From assembly GCA_963737155.1 (NCBI GenBank), contig CAVTRN010000002.1, forward strand, positions 800,001 to 864,000: DNA of 64,000 bases, given 5' to 3'. Shown piece after piece: positions 60,332 to 64,000 of the stretch. The stretch comes from Nitrospirota bacterium (GTDB taxonomy: Bacteria; Nitrospirota; UBA9217). Under the pieces are notes generated by a model that saw nothing but the letters and a program-made list of their open reading frames with translations, did not search any database and was not told the origin of the DNA. The position numbers and the translations under genes were made by a program. The first letter of the stretch is position 1, and each line of letters opens with the position of its first letter.

Positions 60332-60844
60332 ATGAGCTTTAAGCTCTATATTATGGAAAAGAAATTCGCGGTAATAAGGGCATGGTATGATGCAGCGCTC
60401 GTGGTTCCTGCAGGAGTCAAAACCGATTTCAGAGAAAAGCAAAGAGCCCTGGTAGTTGAGGCCATGGGCTACAACCTGGAAGAGGGGATGGGCGGTCTTT
60501 TCGATGCGTTGCTTCAAGGCGTTATTCCAGACAACGTATCACGGTTTTTGGACAGCATGATAAGGACAAGGGCGGCAAGTGATTTTACGGCTTCTCAGGC
60601 CGTGGCGTTCATTCTTGAAATAAAGAAGATCGTCCGAAAGGAGCTTGGAAGTGAGATCCTGGCCGATCTGGATATGGGCGGGGAGCTTTCAGCCTGGGAT
60701 TCCGTCGTCGATGACTTAATCCTGCATGCCTTCAATATTTATGCGCAATGCCGCGAGATTGTTCTTGCTGCCAAGGCAGATGACGAAAAGCAAGAGACGC
60801 TCCGGCTTCTAAAAAAGGCCAAGCTTATCCCTGATGATGATTGA
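60332..60844 (+). CDS. DsrT-like (RsbRD N-terminal domain) protein
   Basis: GLFDALL, FLDSMIRTRAASDFTASQAVAFI..KKIVR, DDLILHAFNIYAQCRE pattern. Confidence 0.75.
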   Translation: MSFKLYIMEKKFAVIRAWYDAALVVPAGVKTDFREKQRALVVEAMGYNLEEGMGGLFDALLQGVIPDNVSRFLDSMIRTRAASDFTASQAVAFILEIKKIVRKELGSEILADLDMGGELSAWDSVVDDLILHAFNIYAQCREIVLAAKADDEKQETLRLLKKAKLIPDDD

Positions 60845-61020
60845 CGAGGGATGGGAACATGCTTGAATAACCTATGATACTTGGCGAGGATTGACACCGC
60901 GTGGGGGGCTAATAAATGGATGGATTTTGTTCCGGCTCACGAAGTACTAGAGAACCAAAATAGTTGATGATCGCTCTATGTCATTCATTTGTCCATTGAA
61001 GTGAGGGGGAGGTGCGCGCC

Positions 61021-61392
61021 ATGATAAAGATCAAGAGAGTTTATGAACAGCCGTCAAAGGATGACGGAAAACGCATTCTGATCGATCGGCTATGGCCGAG
61101 AGGGCTTAAAAAAGACGATGCACGGATTGATGAGTGGATAAAAGAGGTTGCCCCGAGCAATGAACTCAGGAAATGGTTCAATCATGACCCGAATAGGTGG
61201 GATGAATTCAAAAACCGGTTCTTTGCGGAACTGCAAGGGCAGGAAATGGTGGAGGGAATCATCAACGTAGCTCGGAAAGGCACCGTAATATTGCTTTTCG
61301 GATCAAAGGAAGAACGCTTCAACAATGCCGTGGCGTTGAACGAATATATCGACGCCAAAATGAAGGCACTGAAACGGGGAAAAGCGGCGTAG
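61021..61392 (+). CDS. DUF488 / YeaO family protein
   Basis: IKIKRVYE..DDGKRILIDRLWPRG, APSNELRKWF, NNAVAL. Confidence 0.92.
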   Translation: MIKIKRVYEQPSKDDGKRILIDRLWPRGLKKDDARIDEWIKEVAPSNELRKWFNHDPNRWDEFKNRFFAELQGQEMVEGIINVARKGTVILLFGSKEERFNNAVALNEYIDAKMKALKRGKAA

Positions 61393-61506
61393 CAACGAAA
61401 GGACCTCGTAAATATCCATAATCAAGAATCCGTGGCAGCAGCTAAATTGTAGTTATTTTTTGCTTGCTGCCGGGCGTCCCGCGCTTGCATTTTCGAGAAA
61501 AAACCC

Positions 61507-61535
61507 TTGACAATAACGGCTTTATCTTATATATT
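61507..61535 (+). promoter_or_regulatory. sigma70 promoter of the ffh operon
   Basis: TTGACA-17 nt-TATATT, 30 nt upstream of the ffh ATG. Confidence 0.7.
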
Positions 61536-61564
61536 CTATATTCTTTGCCGATTGGGTGACTTTC

Positions 61565-62899
61565 ATGCTTGATTCCTTAAGTGGTAAATTAGAGTCTGTT
61601 TTCAAGAAGCTACGCGGCCGGGGAGTCCTTAAGGAAGACGACATTAGAGAGGCGCTGCGAGAGGTGCGCCTTGCGCTCCTTGAAGCTGATGTCAATTTCA
61701 AGGTCGTCAAGGACTTTATAGAGCGTATCCAGGAGCGGGCCGTTGGCAAGGAGATTCTCGACAGCCTGACTCCGGGCCAGCAGGTGATCAAGATCGTCCA
61801 CGAGGAACTCGTGGCGCTTCTCGGTGGAACACAGGCAAAGCTCTATCTTTCTCCGAACCCACCGACGGTCATCATGATGGTCGGCTTGCAGGGCTCAGGC
61901 AAAACGACCACAGCAGGCAAACTGGCCAGGAATTTCAAGAAGGACGGACGAAGAGTCCTCCTGGTGCCCGCCGACACGCGGAGGCCGGCCGCCATCCAGC
62001 AGTTGGTGACCCTGGCCAGACAGATCGGCGTTGATGCCTTTGAATCAACGGACACGGATCCCGTCGTCATCTGCCGTGAAGCGGTAAAACGGGCGGCTTC
62101 GTCGCTTTATGAAGTAGTGATCATTGATACGGCCGGCCGCCTCCAGATCGACGAACCTCTCATGGAAGAACTTCGGCGAATCAAGGCTGGGGTAAAGCCC
62201 CATGAAGTCCTGTTCGTAGCTGATGCCATGACGGGTCAGGAAGCCGTAAACATCGCGACTAAGTTTAATGCTGATCTCGGGTTCGACGGAGTGGTCCTGA
62301 CTAAACTCGATGGTGACGCCCGGGGTGGGGCGGCGCTTTCGGTCCGGTCCGTAACCGGCAAACCGCTGAAGTTTGTAGGCGTAGGTGAAAAGCTCGATGC
62401 CCTCGAGGCGTTCCATCCTGACCGGATGGCATCGCGCATTCTCGGCATGGGCGATGTGATGTCGCTCATCGAAAAGGCCCAGGAGACGGTCTCCCGGGAA
62501 GAAGCCCAGAAGCTCGCTACGAAGCTCAAGAAGAACTCCTTTGATCTCGATGATTTTCGCAACCAGCTGAAGCAAGTAAAGAAGCTTGGCGGGCTTGAGT
62601 CGATCATGGGCATGATCCCGGGCATGGGCAAGATGAAACTCCCGGACGCCGAGCTGAACGAGAAGGAACTGACGAAGGTTGATGCAATCATCAGTTCCAT
62701 GACCGCGAAAGAACGAGCCGATTATATGGTCATTAACGGCAGCCGCCGGGCACGCATTGCGAAGGGCAGCGGAACCCAGGTCCAGGATATAAATCGCCTG
62801 CTTAAGCAGTTCGCGGAAATGCGCAAGATGATGAAATCGATGACGAGTGGCAAGATGGGGAAGATGGCCAAGATGTTCGGCGGCCGGAGGCCGTTTTAG
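61565..62899 (+). CDS. ffh: signal recognition particle protein
   Basis: LLEADV, GLQGSGKTT, DTAGR, TKLDGDARGG, Met-rich M domain. Confidence 0.98.
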   Translation: MLDSLSGKLESVFKKLRGRGVLKEDDIREALREVRLALLEADVNFKVVKDFIERIQERAVGKEILDSLTPGQQVIKIVHEELVALLGGTQAKLYLSPNPPTVIMMVGLQGSGKTTTAGKLARNFKKDGRRVLLVPADTRRPAAIQQLVTLARQIGVDAFESTDTDPVVICREAVKRAASSLYEVVIIDTAGRLQIDEPLMEELRRIKAGVKPHEVLFVADAMTGQEAVNIATKFNADLGFDGVVLTKLDGDARGGAALSVRSVTGKPLKFVGVGEKLDALEAFHPDRMASRILGMGDVMSLIEKAQETVSREEAQKLATKLKKNSFDLDDFRNQLKQVKKLGGLESIMGMIPGMGKMKLPDAELNEKELTKVDAIISSMTAKERADYMVINGSRRARIAKGSGTQVQDINRLLKQFAEMRKMMKSMTSGKMGKMAKMFGGRRPF

Positions 62900-63076
62900 A
62901 TAAATCGGGAATCACGGGTCTCGCAAATAGGCGGAATAGACGGATGAATGCGGGTACGTAAATCCCCGGAGAATTTTTCACTCAGTGTCCGCTTGGCGGG
63001 CGGTGGTTAGCGACTTTTGAATTTCGTATCGAGATTACCAAATTGTGATTTATTAATTAGCGAAAGAGGTGAAACA

Positions 63077-63367
63077 ATGTCAGTAAAAATCAGACTTAAA
63101 AGGATGGGGACCCACAAGAAACCCTACTACCGGCTGGTAGTGGCGGATTCCCGGTCGCCGAGAGATGGCCGTTTTATCGAGATGGTAGGGACTTATGATC
63201 CGCTCAAGAAGCCTGCGGAGATCAAGGTAGACCAGGCAAAGGCCCTCGATTGGCTCAAGAAAGGCGCTGTCCCGTCTGATACGGTAAAGACCCTGCTCTC
63301 CAAGGTCGGGGTCATGAAACAGTACGCTGAGGCAAAGCAACAATCAATTTCAGACACGCAGGCGTAA
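63077..63367 (+). CDS. rpsP: 30S ribosomal protein S16
   Basis: RBS GAGGTG; [31 protein letters not shown]. Confidence 0.98.
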   Translation: MSVKIRLKRMGTHKKPYYRLVVADSRSPRDGRFIEMVGTYDPLKKPAEIKVDQAKALDWLKKGAVPSDTVKTLLSKVGVMKQYAEAKQQSISDTQA

Positions 63368-63392
63368 GCTACTCGCACTCGCCTAAAGGGCC

Positions 63393-63896
63393 ATGCTCGT
63401 AACCATCGGCAAAGCGATCAAGACCTTCGGCGTCAAGGGCGAGATGAAGATCGAGCCCCTGACCGATTTCCCCGAGCGGTTCAGGGACCTGCACCGCGTA
63501 TATATGGTTTCGCCGAAGGGAAATGAAATCATCTGCGACATCCAGTCGGTGCGGCATGCGGGAGGCGCAATATACCTGCTTTTTGCCGGTTATGATACTC
63601 CCGAGAAAGCCAGGGTCCTCAACGGCTGGTTTCTCAAGATCCCCGAGGCGGATACGGTCCCTCTCCCTGATGGTTCGTACTACTGGTTCGAGCTCATGGG
63701 AATGGAAGTTGTATCCGAGAGCGGGGAAAAACTCGGCGCGATTGCCGACATTTTACAAACCGGCAGCAACGATATCTATGTATTGAAGAATGGCAGGAAG
63801 GAAATCTATATTCCCGCCACGAAGGAAGTAATCAGGCAGGTTGACAAAAAAGCAAGACGGATGACTATCCGAGTGCTGGAAGGTCTGCTGGATTAG
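63393..63896 (+). CDS. rimM: ribosome maturation factor RimM
   Basis: FGVKGE, YYWFELMG, TGSNDIY, IPA; conserved gene order. Confidence 0.96.
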   Translation: MLVTIGKAIKTFGVKGEMKIEPLTDFPERFRDLHRVYMVSPKGNEIICDIQSVRHAGGAIYLLFAGYDTPEKARVLNGWFLKIPEADTVPLPDGSYYWFELMGMEVVSESGEKLGAIADILQTGSNDIYVLKNGRKEIYIPATKEVIRQVDKKARRMTIRVLEGLLD

Positions 63897-63916
63897 GATA
63901 CGCGGTCCCTTCTCCT

Positions 63917-64000
63917 ATGCGAAGACTGAATTTTGAGGTACTTACGCTCTTCCCCGGGATCATCGCGGGTCCGCTGAACGAGAGCATTCTCAAACGGGGC
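63917..64000 (+). CDS. trmD: tRNA (guanine-N1)-methyltransferase, 5' partial
   Basis: MRRLNFEVLTLFPG..ESILKRG directly after rimM; runs off the window. Confidence 0.9.
   Translation, partial: MRRLNFEVLTLFPGIIAGPLNESILKRG

Noticed and set aside
1-64000. tRNA, rRNA, CRISPR arrays, c-di-GMP-I, M-box and yybP riboswitches
   Set aside because: No consensus match found by eye; an Infernal/tRNAscan run would be needed to exclude weak copies

Overview
A bacterial window of about 61 kb of patchy accessory DNA that ends at the core ffh-rpsP-rimM-trmD cluster. Gene content (DsrT-like protein, Geobacter-type PutA, multiheme cytochromes, sigma54 promoters) suggests an anaerobic Nitrospirota/Desulfobacterota-type organism; this is an inference. 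Main modules: copper (CopC, CopD, a Met/His-rich periplasmic protein); divalent-cation uptake (OprB/MnoP-like porin, Nramp-related transporter, an unannotated 58-aa membrane protein and a soluble MgtE-N/CBS protein) behind a structured leader; an IS200/IS605 element with an atypical TnpB plus a miniature derivative; MacAB-TolC; two Lpp/OprI-like lipoproteins with L,D-transpeptidase-family genes and CtpA; ZnuACB; ABC-2 exporter, USP and SodC; an orphan MotAB pair; a c-di-GMP cluster; a Rieske/cytochrome b operon with two pentaheme cytochromes; Fsr; PutA; an intact IS630; and many gene relics. The strongest candidate for an undescribed system is a pair of paralogous 39/41-aa Arg-rich micropeptides missed by the ORF track. 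Each carries the YxGP[D/E]RR motif of Cle-type c-di-GMP-binding regions, and they flank a PAS-GGDEF cyclase next to a tandem-PilZ gene and motAB. No CRISPR array, rRNA or tRNA was seen. All family calls come from motif recognition by eye, not from database searches.
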